A DNA stretch of 64,000 nucleotides, from positions 23,622 through 87,621 of the IMG/VR virus record IMGVR_UViG_3300028534_000020; one strand, given 5' to 3'. The notes beneath the pieces are model-generated. The model saw only the letters and a list, made by a program, of their open reading frames with translations, did not search any database and had not been told where the DNA came from. Source of the DNA: a virus. Positions 1 to 8,948 of this stretch are shown here, piece by piece (the stretch's first letter is position 1; every line of letters starts with the position of its first letter). The position numbers were made by a program, and so were the translations under genes.

Positions 1-648
1 TGGGTAATAATAACGCCAACCTAAACGGTTTGTTGGTGGGTAATGTTGCCAGGGATAATCGCCATTTTCATATTCTACATCGAATTTATATTTTCTACCG
101 TTTACTTGAAATTCTACGTTATAGATTTTGTCTTTTGCATTTATAATTTCAATATCGGCGTATATATCGAGAATTTCGTCATTAAAAGCAATATCATTTG
201 ATAAAAATATTGATTTATACCAAGCGCGAGATTTTATCCAGAATAATTGAACCTCAAATTTATATCCAGCTGGCGTTTTCTTTATTGCTGGGACAATTGT
301 GTATAAAATTTCGTCTGGGTCGTTCGGGTCTTGATAATCTACTTGCCCTAAAATATTATAACCATTCGGGTCTGGTGAGTCTGTGCCTTTAATTTCGAGT
401 TTATAATGTAATTTGAATTTATTTCCTGAGTCGTAAGTAAATGGGTGATTATCATTCCACGCGGCTTCAATATTTTCTGTACCTATTTTAGCACCCCACA
501 TAGGGACAATAACAGGGTCATCAAATTCTTTAAGCTTTTTTAACGCTGTATTAACAGTTTCTAAATTTTTAAACTGTTTATTGTCAGAAAAAATTGTGTC
601 TTTAAGTGCAGCAAGAAATTGTTTTGTATTATGTAGATTGATTGCCAT
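1..648 (-). CDS. hypothetical protein, runs off the left edge (>=216 aa, MAINLHNTKQFLAALKD...)
   Basis: Translated by hand: open frame from ATG at 648 to base 1; absent from the ORF track. Confidence 0.8.
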   Translation of the reverse strand, partial: MAINLHNTKQFLAALKDTIFSDNKQFKNLETVNTALKKLKEFDDPVIVPMWGAKIGTENIEAAWNDNHPFTYDSGNKFKLHYKLEIKGTDSPDPNGYNILGQVDYQDPNDPDEILYTIVPAIKKTPAGYKFEVQLFWIKSRAWYKSIFLSNDIAFNDEILDIYADIEIINAKDKIYNVEFQVNGRKYKFDVEYENGDYPWQHYPPTNRLGWRYYYP

Positions 649-680
649 ATCTCGTAAGTTTATGTAAAAATATAAAATTA

Positions 681-1637
681 TTACGAGATAACAGCTATAA
701 TTTTTCTATCAATTTTCATTTCAGTTTTATCAGAATCGTCAGGTTTAACAATTATTGTGCGCTGTAATGACGCTTTATCTACATAAACGCGTTGTATAAC
801 GCCTGTTTTTATTTCTCCGTGTTTATTTTTGTATTTAACGCGTTGACCTTTAATAAATGGGCGCCCATCGTTTTTTATCGGTTTATCTTTACCTGTTAAT
901 ATTTTGTATGACGTTCTTGACATAAATGATTTTACGAGATTAGCTCTCATAGATTTTTCAGAATATGTTTCTTGAAGTATGTTCCTAAGAAAACGGTTTA
1001 TAGCACGTTTCTTTGAAATAAATGACATCGCTTTATGTTCTATGTGGTCTTTGTAATATTGCTCTGCTTTTTCATAAATTTCACGTTGATTTATTCTTTC
1101 AAGAAGTGTAGTTTTTTGGTGAGGCGTTTCTGGACGTGGATTGTATTTCTTTTGTAAAAATCTTACAACTTTTTGAAAATATTTTTCAGGGATAACTTCA
1201 TTACTGTTCTGCCATTCTGTTATTGAACGCCCAATTATTGAGCCTTTACTGTCGTATTCACGTTTATTGACAAGTTTTTGTTCAATTATTTTTGAAATTT
1301 CACGACGCGCTTTTTTATAATCAAATTCTTTATTGTTTTTTGTACTACTTAATTCTAAATCTGGCTGCTCATTGTCAAATTCTTTTTGAATTTCATTTGT
1401 AGACATTGCTTGTGGTACTTTTTCAACTGTATAAAAAGTTCTAAAACCAACTTTAACTGGCTGTATAAGATTTTTTTCAAGCAATGATTCGATTATAGGA
1501 TTTGCCCAGCGAGCGGCTGATTTTACAGGTTTTTTGCCTACTTTTTCACCAATAGAAGTTTTACTTACAGGCTTTTTGTTGCGTTCAACATATTTTAACA
1601 CTTTAAGTTCGTCGTCAGTGATATTTAACTTTGTCAT
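681..1637 (-). CDS. putative DNA-binding protein with N-terminal winged-helix-like segment
   Basis: Start moved to MTKLNIT because the longer start crosses the promoter at 1665; ELKVLKYV...IIESLLEKNLI pattern resembles wHTH. Confidence 0.55.
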   Translation of the reverse strand: MTKLNITDDELKVLKYVERNKKPVSKTSIGEKVGKKPVKSAARWANPIIESLLEKNLIQPVKVGFRTFYTVEKVPQAMSTNEIQKEFDNEQPDLELSSTKNNKEFDYKKARREISKIIEQKLVNKREYDSKGSIIGRSITEWQNSNEVIPEKYFQKVVRFLQKKYNPRPETPHQKTTLLERINQREIYEKAEQYYKDHIEHKAMSFISKKRAINRFLRNILQETYSEKSMRANLVKSFMSRTSYKILTGKDKPIKNDGRPFIKGQRVKYKNKHGEIKTGVIQRVYVDKASLQRTIIVKPDDSDKTEMKIDRKIIAVIS

Positions 1638-1664
1638 ATCGATAATTTTTATTGTTTCACAATG

Positions 1665-1690
1665 CAAATATACAAAATATATTTTAATTT
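1665..1690 (-). promoter_or_regulatory. TAnnTTTG (TATATTTG) Bacteroidota-type promoter
   Basis: CAAATATAC on + at 1665, 27 nt before the ATG at 1637. Confidence 0.7.
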
Positions 1691-1940
1691 GAGGTGCGCA
1701 ACGTAAATTTTCGCATATATAGATTATCAAAGAGATAGATAATCAAGACCCTACTGGTATATACGACTGATACTAACTAAGTATTAGTAGTACTAAAGCA
1801 TAGCTTTAATAGCTTATAATACATAGCTATGCTTAAATAAATATTACTTACTTGTAAGTAAGAGAGAAAGCTTATCTTTTAATTAAAATTAAAAAATAAT
1901 CTTTCTAAACTTTTGCTGTACTGCAATGAAAATCACCAAT

Positions 1941-1973
1941 AAAAAAAGCAGCCTATAAGCTGTTATAGACTGC
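1941..1973 (-). terminator. intrinsic terminator
   Basis: Minus strand GCAGTCTATAA-CAGC-TTATAGGCTGC followed by T7. Confidence 0.8.
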
Positions 1974-2007
1974 CAAATGATAAATTATATTATTTCAAAT
2001 AAAAAAT

Positions 2008-2511
2008 TTAATCTACACGTCCAGAATCGTCTAAGAATTGCATTAAATTAGCTGGCGAATAGTTAATTGATTTTAATTGTTTGTTATCACTCATTCTTTT
2101 GACGAACCATTTACCATTAAACTGTACTGCATACGCATCAACGCCTCGTTCTCGTTTATAATAATCTATCGTTTTAAACGCTTCTTGTTCTGTACTGCAA
2201 GCTTTACTCATATTACTTCTATGTACCTCAATAAATGCATCATCGAAAATATTTTGCATACCTACTTCAAGTATAGTACCAGATAATACATATTGCAAAT
2301 CTGCAAGCGCATCAAGAACTTCAACTAAATTATCATCATTAAACGCTTTTGCCAGTTCATTTAACTCTTCTTGAATTAAACTAACGCGCAATTTTCTACG
2401 CTGTTTTAATGGCAATTTTGGTGCTGGCAAAACGGGTTGTTGCATTAATTTGTGGAATTCAGCGACTAAGTCGATGTAATTCACTCTGTTTTTTGTCGGT
2501 TTTTCAGTCAT
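2008..2511 (-). CDS. MazG-like / PRA-PH-family NTP pyrophosphohydrolase
   Basis: LIQEELNEL...EVLDALADLQYV...EVHRSNMSK motifs. Confidence 0.85.
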   Translation of the reverse strand: MTEKPTKNRVNYIDLVAEFHKLMQQPVLPAPKLPLKQRRKLRVSLIQEELNELAKAFNDDNLVEVLDALADLQYVLSGTILEVGMQNIFDDAFIEVHRSNMSKACSTEQEAFKTIDYYKRERGVDAYAVQFNGKWFVKRMSDNKQLKSINYSPANLMQFLDDSGRVD

Positions 2512-2525
2512 AGTTTTAATTTTTA

Positions 2526-3167
2526 TTATGATTTGATATTATATACGAATCCAAAATAAAAAGACGCTCTAACGTCATCAATATCTGGACGATTTAGAAT
2601 TTGAATAAGTTGTGTAAACCAAATATTTTTATCAATTTTGAAATAAACTGTATGTTCAATTGCTGAGGTTGGTAAATATAATTTATCGTGCAGTACAGAA
2701 ACTGCCTTTAATTCAATACTTCCAGCAAATTTCCAAGCGTCAAAATAATATTTACCTATGCCAAAATGATATGCAAAATAAGGCGTTTTCAAATCAGCAA
2801 ATTCTATTCCTATTGAATAATAAAATGAATTTTTCTGTTTTGAAGTATATTTTGTTAAAATATCAATTGTTGGCGGTGTATTTTGATAACTATCCTCAGT
2901 AAAAAGTAATTTCATATCTTGACTAAAACTAATATTTTGTGAATACGCACCTTCTAAAGCGAAAAACGCAAGTAAAATAAGAGTAGTCTTGCCAAGTATA
3001 CTCGCGAAATTAAAACCTACTAATAAAGCACCTGATATAAGCGCAATAGTTTCGATAATAAATGTCAAATTTGTTTCTTGAATTCCAGCTTTATATAAAT
3101 CGTAATTCATACTTATCGCAAAAACAATAAGTGCTATACCTAAAAAGAATTTTTGTTTTGATTTCAT
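2526..3167 (-). CDS. membrane protein; C-terminal part resembles an outer-membrane beta-barrel
   Basis: N-terminal hydrophobic helices, signal-like ...AYSQ, amphipathic strands, ends FGFVYNIKS. Confidence 0.45.
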   Translation of the reverse strand: MKSKQKFFLGIALIVFAISMNYDLYKAGIQETNLTFIIETIALISGALLVGFNFASILGKTTLILLAFFALEGAYSQNISFSQDMKLLFTEDSYQNTPPTIDILTKYTSKQKNSFYYSIGIEFADLKTPYFAYHFGIGKYYFDAWKFAGSIELKAVSVLHDKLYLPTSAIEHTVYFKIDKNIWFTQLIQILNRPDIDDVRASFYFGFVYNIKS

Positions 3168-3185
3168 AGTAAAAAATTTTTAATT

Positions 3186-3216
3186 AAAAAAGAGACGCCT
3201 TTTAGAGCGCCTCTTT
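3186..3216 (-). terminator. intrinsic terminator
   Basis: Minus strand AGAGGCGC-TCTAAAG-GCGTCTCT followed by a T run. Confidence 0.7.
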
Positions 3217-3233
3217 TCTTATGTCCGGAATTA

Positions 3234-3674
3234 TTATGTAAGAATATGAAAAAAATTTACTTTTTGTTTTGTTGAGGACTGCAGCCAAGGTAAACCACCT
3301 GCAGTGGAATTAAAACCGGAATAATTATCATTAATTAACTTATAACTATTTGTAGCGCTTCGCCTATAATTGTAAATGAGCAAATTTGATAATGTATATT
3401 GGCGTTGCGCGATACTTTTTTCTTTTGTAATTGTTGATTTGTAAAATATGAAACCGGTATTAAATGTTTGTAGTGAGTCCGTCACGTTAATTTGTTCTGT
3501 CGAAAATTGAGGGACTTGAGCTACATTAAACTCAACTACTACAAATGTAGAATCTTGTTGAGTTAGTTCTTGAATTTCAGGCGGCGGGTTCACATCTGTA
3601 AAACCCATTCCTGTGGACGCCACACTTATTTGAAGTGTAAAAAGCATCAATGCTAATAGAATGATTTTTCGCAT
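3234..3674 (-). CDS. hypothetical secreted protein
   Basis: Signal-peptide-like start MRKIILLALMLFTLQISVA. Confidence 0.6.
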   Translation of the reverse strand: MRKIILLALMLFTLQISVASTGMGFTDVNPPPEIQELTQQDSTFVVVEFNVAQVPQFSTEQINVTDSLQTFNTGFIFYKSTITKEKSIAQRQYTLSNLLIYNYRRSATNSYKLINDNYSGFNSTAGGLPWLQSSTKQKVNFFHILT

Positions 3675-3724
3675 AATGTTTAAATTTTAATAGTTAATGT
3701 TTCGAGTTATAAATATATACAAAA

Positions 3725-4087
3725 TTATTGTATATCGTAAAATTTTTTATCTAAAAATACGTTTTGAATTAAAACGCGTTCTTTAATTACCTTCGCAAGT
3801 TCATTTTCAATATTTAAAATTTGCTCGTCTGTCGCCTTATAGTCTTTTATTCTTTTCGTAATTAAAATTCTTACAAGATTACTTTCTTTAAGTTCAAGTT
3901 CGACGAGACGTTGTAATTGTTTCTTGCGATTTCTATTTGACAATAATTCGATTATTTGATAAATTTCATTTGCAAGATTTACTGGTATACTTTGTTTCGT
4001 TTGAATATACCATTGTTGAGTTTGATAATTATAGCGAACTGTAATACCATTATACTCAAATACACCTTTTCGAATATGTTTTATCAT
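3725..4087 (-). CDS. hypothetical protein
   Basis: ORF in the tightly packed minus-strand series. Confidence 0.6.
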   Translation of the reverse strand: MIKHIRKGVFEYNGITVRYNYQTQQWYIQTKQSIPVNLANEIYQIIELLSNRNRKKQLQRLVELELKESNLVRILITKRIKDYKATDEQILNIENELAKVIKERVLIQNVFLDKKFYDIQ

Positions 4088-4209
4088 CTTATTGTAAATA
4101 ATGTTGCGAGAATACAGAACAGAAATTCAAAAATGAAAATAAATAACAAAACAGTTATTACTGATAACAATGCTAATTTTTGGTCTTGATATTTAACTGT
4201 GTTGTTCAT
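4084..4209 (-). CDS. small single-TM peptide (41 aa, MNNTVKYQDQKLALLSVITVLLF...)
   Basis: Translated by hand; fills the gap and has an ATGA overlap with the next gene. Confidence 0.5.
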   Translation of the reverse strand: MNNTVKYQDQKLALLSVITVLLFIFIFEFLFCILATLFTIR

Positions 4210-4528
4210 AATATTTGGGTTTTAATACGATTAAGTCAAGTTCAATTATACGATGACAGCAAATATGACTTCTACGAACATTTAATGTATATAGTTCATC
4301 GTTTTTAAGTATTTCATTTGCCAGTACAATAGCCATCTTGCGTTCAAGCACATCAATCGGCACATTTTCAAAATCGCTATCTTTAATCGTTTGCACTACA
4401 CGAATTCTTTTTGGCTCGTATGCGTTTTCAGTTATAGTAGGCACATAACGTGGTCCATTATCAGTGGTGCCAATGTCAGTTTTCTTTTTGCGAAATAAAT
4501 TTTTTAATCTATTTAGAAGTTTTTTCAT
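4193..4528 (-). CDS. hypothetical protein
   Basis: Packed minus-strand ORF. Confidence 0.6.
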   Translation of the reverse strand: MKKLLNRLKNLFRKKKTDIGTTDNGPRYVPTITENAYEPKRIRVVQTIKDSDFENVPIDVLERKMAIVLANEILKNDELYTLNVRRSHICCHRIIELDLIVLKPKYYEQHS

Positions 4529-4637
4529 TTAATTTATGTTTTACAGGTTCAACTTGATAATTACATATACTACATTTGCCATTTGATTTTACCATAACCA
4601 TTCTGGCACATCTTTTACAATATTTGAATTTAGCCAT
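4509..4637 (-). CDS. small Zn-ribbon protein
   Basis: CKRC...CSIC; start moved to MAKFKYC. Confidence 0.5.
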   Translation of the reverse strand: MAKFKYCKRCARMVMVKSNGKCSICNYQVEPVKHKLNEKTSK

Positions 4638-5097
4638 TTTTATTTTGTTTTTCGTTAATAACATTTTGAATGACTTCGCATTTTTCGTACTCTTCATTAT
4701 CAATTGCCATTTTAAGTAAATTTTGCAATTCTGTCATATTCATTTTGCGTAAATCTTTAAGTTCTTTTTCAGATTGAATATCTGATAACTTAACTTTTTT
4801 ATCTTTACCTAAGTATTCGCGAAGAGGTTTAGCGACTTGCTCAGGAAAATGTAACGCAACAGGCGTATCTGTTATATCAAAGAAAAAGAACGCTGCTGGC
4901 GGGTCTAACTCAGCCAAAGACTGATAAATATTTTCAAATTTATATGCACTTTTGAAAAATGTATAAAGTGCGCCTGGCGATGCTATAAACTGAGGTTGGT
5001 CTTTTTTATCGAGCTCTTCATCGATATAATATGATAATACTCTATTTACATCTTCGCGTGGATAACGGTCAAATCTGATTAGTAAATAACTTTTCAT
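4630..5097 (-). CDS. protein with C-terminal UVR (UvrB/UvrC-type) coiled-coil motif
   Basis: ELQNLLKMAIDNEEYEKCEVIQNVI. Confidence 0.65.
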   Translation of the reverse strand: MKSYLLIRFDRYPREDVNRVLSYYIDEELDKKDQPQFIASPGALYTFFKSAYKFENIYQSLAELDPPAAFFFFDITDTPVALHFPEQVAKPLREYLGKDKKVKLSDIQSEKELKDLRKMNMTELQNLLKMAIDNEEYEKCEVIQNVINEKQNKNG

Positions 5098-5099
5098 AA

Positions 5100-5549
5100 T
5101 TAAATAATTTTTGTGTTTATGCCAAATTCTTGTTTAAGTTCTTTTGCGACTTCTTTTGCTGAGTCGTAATTAAAAAAATAAAAACCGTCGGTTGAAAAAG
5201 CAGGTTTGTTTTCTCTTTTGCCAACGTAATACATAAATTTATTATTGCAAGTTATCTGCAATTTATAAATTTTTCTGTGCTCGTATAAATGAAGCCATTG
5301 TTCAATAGCGTCATCGTGCTCTGTTGATATTTTATGCGTAAGTTTTACACGGAATAACTCTTCACCATTAAAAGGTTTATTTGTAAAAATTAAATCGAAG
5401 TTTTTTACATAACAATTTAATACCATACCATCATAAACAACAGCTGGATTGTCGATTTTACCTAAAACTTTTACATCATACCCTTTACTGCGAAAGAATT
5501 CTTGCAGTCTATAATTTCTTTTTAACTTGTCTTTTTCAGTAGTTGCCAT
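5100..5549 (-). CDS. hypothetical protein
   Basis: Packed minus-strand ORF. Confidence 0.65.
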   Translation of the reverse strand: MATTEKDKLKRNYRLQEFFRSKGYDVKVLGKIDNPAVVYDGMVLNCYVKNFDLIFTNKPFNGEELFRVKLTHKISTEHDDAIEQWLHLYEHRKIYKLQITCNNKFMYYVGKRENKPAFSTDGFYFFNYDSAKEVAKELKQEFGINTKII

Positions 5550-5550
5550 A

Positions 5551-5967
5551 TTATTTATCGTTTACTAATTCTTTTACTGTTCTAACGCACTCTAAAAGCG
5601 TATACGGATTAACTTTTGACCATATACCGCCAAAATATGCAGTCATTTCTCGTAAAAACATTACTGCATCGCGCTCTGTATTGATATTTTTTACTTGATA
5701 ATACTCAAGTCTTGGCGGATATTCGAATTCATTATCATAAGCAAAAAATTTGAAACAAGTTTCGCAGGTTTTTATAACGACGTAATCGTAATGAGTAGAG
5801 TCACCCGGTTCACTTATGATATGTAATGCATTTTCGCATTTTTGTACTTTTTTCATCGTTTTAGATTTTTGAAAGATATTTAGAATTTTCAAGAAGTCGT
5901 CGAAATTTTCAATATCGAGACTGTGTTTATCGGCGACTTCTTGAAGTTCCTTAAACATTTTACCCAT
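5551..5967 (-). CDS. hypothetical protein
   Basis: Packed minus-strand ORF. Confidence 0.65.
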   Translation of the reverse strand: MGKMFKELQEVADKHSLDIENFDDFLKILNIFQKSKTMKKVQKCENALHIISEPGDSTHYDYVVIKTCETCFKFFAYDNEFEYPPRLEYYQVKNINTERDAVMFLREMTAYFGGIWSKVNPYTLLECVRTVKELVNDK

Positions 5968-5968
5968 A

Positions 5969-6364
5969 TTATTTATGTTTTTTGAAAAAACCTATTGTGC
6001 ATTTTATCTGTTTGCCGTCTTGTTTTTGTAAAATTATTGGATATTTACGATTTCGCGTATTCCAGCCAACTATTTTATATGTAACACCATCGATAATAAC
6101 TTTATCGCCAGCTTCAAATAATTTACCTGGTGCTTTATGTAAATTATGCCAGGACGCTTTAAAGCTCCAATCTTGCGCAACTTTTGTGATAACTTTACCA
6201 TCATCAGAAATTGTTGATATTTTTAGTTTGGCTGTTGCGTAATGCTGTGTGTAAGAAATTGCGCCAACTTCGAGTTTCAAACCAAATTCTTTTTCAAGTT
6301 TTGCTAATTCCGTGTTTAAACGGCTTCTTAATAGATTTAATGTAGAATTGTTTAATTTTTTCAT
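5969..6364 (-). CDS. hypothetical protein
   Basis: First ORF after the promoter at 6394. Confidence 0.65.
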   Translation of the reverse strand: MKKLNNSTLNLLRSRLNTELAKLEKEFGLKLEVGAISYTQHYATAKLKISTISDDGKVITKVAQDWSFKASWHNLHKAPGKLFEAGDKVIIDGVTYKIVGWNTRNRKYPIILQKQDGKQIKCTIGFFKKHK

Positions 6365-6393
6365 TATGCTAACGTTTTATAAGTTTTACAATG

Positions 6394-6424
6394 CAAATAT
6401 ACACTATATACTTTTAATAAAAAA
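6394..6424 (-). promoter_or_regulatory. TAnnTTTG promoter cassette
   Basis: 31 bp identical to 11044-11074. Confidence 0.8.
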
Positions 6425-6453
6425 TATTTTTAAGGTTTTTTTAGAAAAATTTT

Positions 6454-7557
6454 TTATTCGTAGTCTCTAACGCTGATAAACACAGGAAAACGTGGAATAC
6501 CATCAGGCGTTAAATTTTGATAACGGACAGTCCCTAATTTCCCTATTATTTCAAATTTTTCATTTAAAAGTTTCTTGTTATAATCAAGTCCACCGCGAAT
6601 TGACGCATTAAATACATTTCCATTCGGGTGTTTAAGTTTAACGCTTCCAGCCATACCAGAACGATTACCTTTGCCTTCAATAACATCGAGTATTTCGCAT
6701 TCTACATCTACAAATTCTTTTCGTTTTAATAAGAATTTTGACCGTTTATGTTCATAAATACCATTTCCATCACGTACCATTTGCCCTTCATAACCAGCTG
6801 TAAGAAAATCACCATAAATATCATCTAATTGTTTTTCTGTAAGAATTTTAATTGTTGCGACTGGTATTGTATATTGTAATTCGTCTAAAAGTGCTAATAG
6901 ACGCGCTCTATCACTGAACGTCATCGGCTCTACTGTTATAATATCATATACGTGATATTGAACAAGACGTCTTGTAGTGTCAAGAAAATCAAGAGCATCA
7001 CGAGATTTTACTTTTTGACGTTTAACAAGACTTGTAATTTTATTGAAGTCATCTTTGAGCTCGTGATTGTATAATTCACCATCAAGTGCTACGATAAACG
7101 GATATTTTTTTAAAAATGCTTGTGTTTCTTTTAAGATATGTGGTATTGAAACAAATTCTTTACCTTTGCGCGAAAATACGCCATCACGAGATGCTATACA
7201 GCGAATACCATCAAGTTTTGGCTGAGTAAATACATTTTGAACTTTGTCAAATGATTTATATTTCTGTGCTAACATCGGTTCAATATATTGAACGCCTTTA
7301 TCAACATCTTCGATATTTTTATAATAACCGTGCTCTAATTTGCGTTTATATAACGATTGCGCTTCAAGTTCTGCTTGTTGTTCTGGCGTAGTTTCGTTTG
7401 AACGCCCGATATTTTTACCTTCGCAAACTGTAATTTCAGAGCGAATAATTTTCCCATCTACTATACCAGTTTCTGTGTAATATGTATTTCCATTAACTAC
7501 AATTTTCCATTCGCGGATTTTCCCAGTATTATCTTTTTTATATGCTTTTAGTTCCAT
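6454..7557 (-). CDS. ATP-dependent DNA ligase
   Basis: KLDGIRC (motif I), LDGELY, YEGQMVR, LLKRKEF, OB-fold tail ending GIPRFP. Confidence 0.93.
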   Translation of the reverse strand: MELKAYKKDNTGKIREWKIVVNGNTYYTETGIVDGKIIRSEITVCEGKNIGRSNETTPEQQAELEAQSLYKRKLEHGYYKNIEDVDKGVQYIEPMLAQKYKSFDKVQNVFTQPKLDGIRCIASRDGVFSRKGKEFVSIPHILKETQAFLKKYPFIVALDGELYNHELKDDFNKITSLVKRQKVKSRDALDFLDTTRRLVQYHVYDIITVEPMTFSDRARLLALLDELQYTIPVATIKILTEKQLDDIYGDFLTAGYEGQMVRDGNGIYEHKRSKFLLKRKEFVDVECEILDVIEGKGNRSGMAGSVKLKHPNGNVFNASIRGGLDYNKKLLNEKFEIIGKLGTVRYQNLTPDGIPRFPVFISVRDYE

Positions 7558-7558
7558 A

Positions 7559-7771
7559 TTATAATTGTTTTGCGATTAAAATTACTATTCCGATGAGTAA
7601 CATTTTGAAAAAGAATGCAGATAACTTTAAATAATTTAATGTATATCCTTCAAGTGCGTCAAAATGTTTTTGTAATGAATGGTCATAAATATACTGTAAT
7701 GTACTAAAGAATATTATGCCAATAATACCAATGATTATCATTGCGTATGCTATTTTACTAAGTATTTCCAT
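7559..7771 (-). CDS. small two-TM membrane protein
   Basis: Two hydrophobic segments. Confidence 0.6.
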   Translation of the reverse strand: MEILSKIAYAMIIIGIIGIIFFSTLQYIYDHSLQKHFDALEGYTLNYLKLSAFFFKMLLIGIVILIAKQL

Positions 7772-7777
7772 ATTATT

Positions 7778-8089
7778 TTAATTTTCAATTTTTGTATAAG
7801 CGCAACTTGCATTTTCAGTGTAAGACTGTTTTACACTGTTTTTATGTGTATACAGTTCTAATTCGCAAGTTTCTGACGTGTATGAAATTGTCCAAGTACT
7901 TACTTCGTGATTTATTTCTTTTTGAATAATTTGCTTTACCTTATTTACAGAACGCTCACCCCAAACTTTACGATATAGCGAAATTTTCGTTATTTGTCCG
8001 CCATTTTCATTTATGCGAACGTTTGTCGGTTTTGAACAAAGCTGTTTATCAAAAGCTTTTTTTAAATTATTTATCTGTGACATATACAA
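7778..8089 (-). CDS. hypothetical protein
   Basis: Packed minus-strand ORF. Confidence 0.55.
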   Translation of the reverse strand: MYMSQINNLKKAFDKQLCSKPTNVRINENGGQITKISLYRKVWGERSVNKVKQIIQKEINHEVSTWTISYTSETCELELYTHKNSVKQSYTENASCAYTKIEN

Positions 8090-8282
8090 TTGTTTCTTTT
8101 ACTTTACCTGTTGGATACGTTACGTATTTTTCTTTTACCAAATACCGAAAATTATAATACGTTTCTGGGTAGTTTATTTTATTGCCATTTCGAATATATC
8201 GAATATTATCCTGCGAAACATTTAGCTTTTTTGCTAATTTGCGTTTCATTTCGTTAATTGTGTCTTTTGATTTTCGTCTCAT
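8067..8282 (-). CDS. small basic hypothetical protein
   Basis: Start moved to MRRKSKD to remove a long overlap. Confidence 0.5.
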   Translation of the reverse strand: MRRKSKDTINEMKRKLAKKLNVSQDNIRYIRNGNKINYPETYYNFRYLVKEKYVTYPTGKVKETIVYVTDK

Positions 8283-8293
8283 AGTTGTAAATT

Positions 8294-8944
8294 TTAATAC
8301 CAATGCATTCCTTCGCGTTCTTTTAATCTTTTTGGTGTAGGTAAATATCCACCAAAATATTGATATTCGTCGCCGTGACGCCAATTCGGTTGATATTCGA
8401 ACATTTCTGTGTCTACATCTTCGTGTAATTCCCAATACTCATCAATACTCGGAAAATCGAGTGAATATTGTTTTGCTTTTTCAAATTGTTCAGCTGTAAC
8501 GCTATGAAATTTAAGCCAAATTGTATTTTCATCTGTTTCGTTTGTTATTTCATATTCAGCACCAGACTTAAGTAATGCATATATTTCATCTACATTTCCA
8601 AGTGCTAATTGACTATCACGATTACACCATTGTGTAACAGGAACGTCGATTGCTTGCTTACAGATTTCAATGAGTTCATCGCGCGAATAATCTGTTCTAT
8701 ATGGCTTCCAATCTTTTTTGCTTAAGTATATTTCTCGACCTTGCTTAAATGACTCATCGATTAAAAAGCCATTTTTACGAACTCGATACGCGCATAATTT
8801 CGGTTCTGCAATTTTATACACATAGTCATTTTTTAATTCACGCACTAATTCAATTTTGCAATTTTGTTTTGCTTTGTGATAACTATAACCTGATTTTTGG
8901 CGAACTTTAAAGCGTGTTCCGCCTTGTAATATTGCTTTTTTCAT
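8294..8944 (-). CDS. hypothetical protein
   Basis: Start moved to MKKAIL. Confidence 0.6.
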   Translation of the reverse strand: MKKAILQGGTRFKVRQKSGYSYHKAKQNCKIELVRELKNDYVYKIAEPKLCAYRVRKNGFLIDESFKQGREIYLSKKDWKPYRTDYSRDELIEICKQAIDVPVTQWCNRDSQLALGNVDEIYALLKSGAEYEITNETDENTIWLKFHSVTAEQFEKAKQYSLDFPSIDEYWELHEDVDTEMFEYQPNWRHGDEYQYFGGYLPTPKRLKEREGMHWY

Positions 8945-8948
8945 AGTA

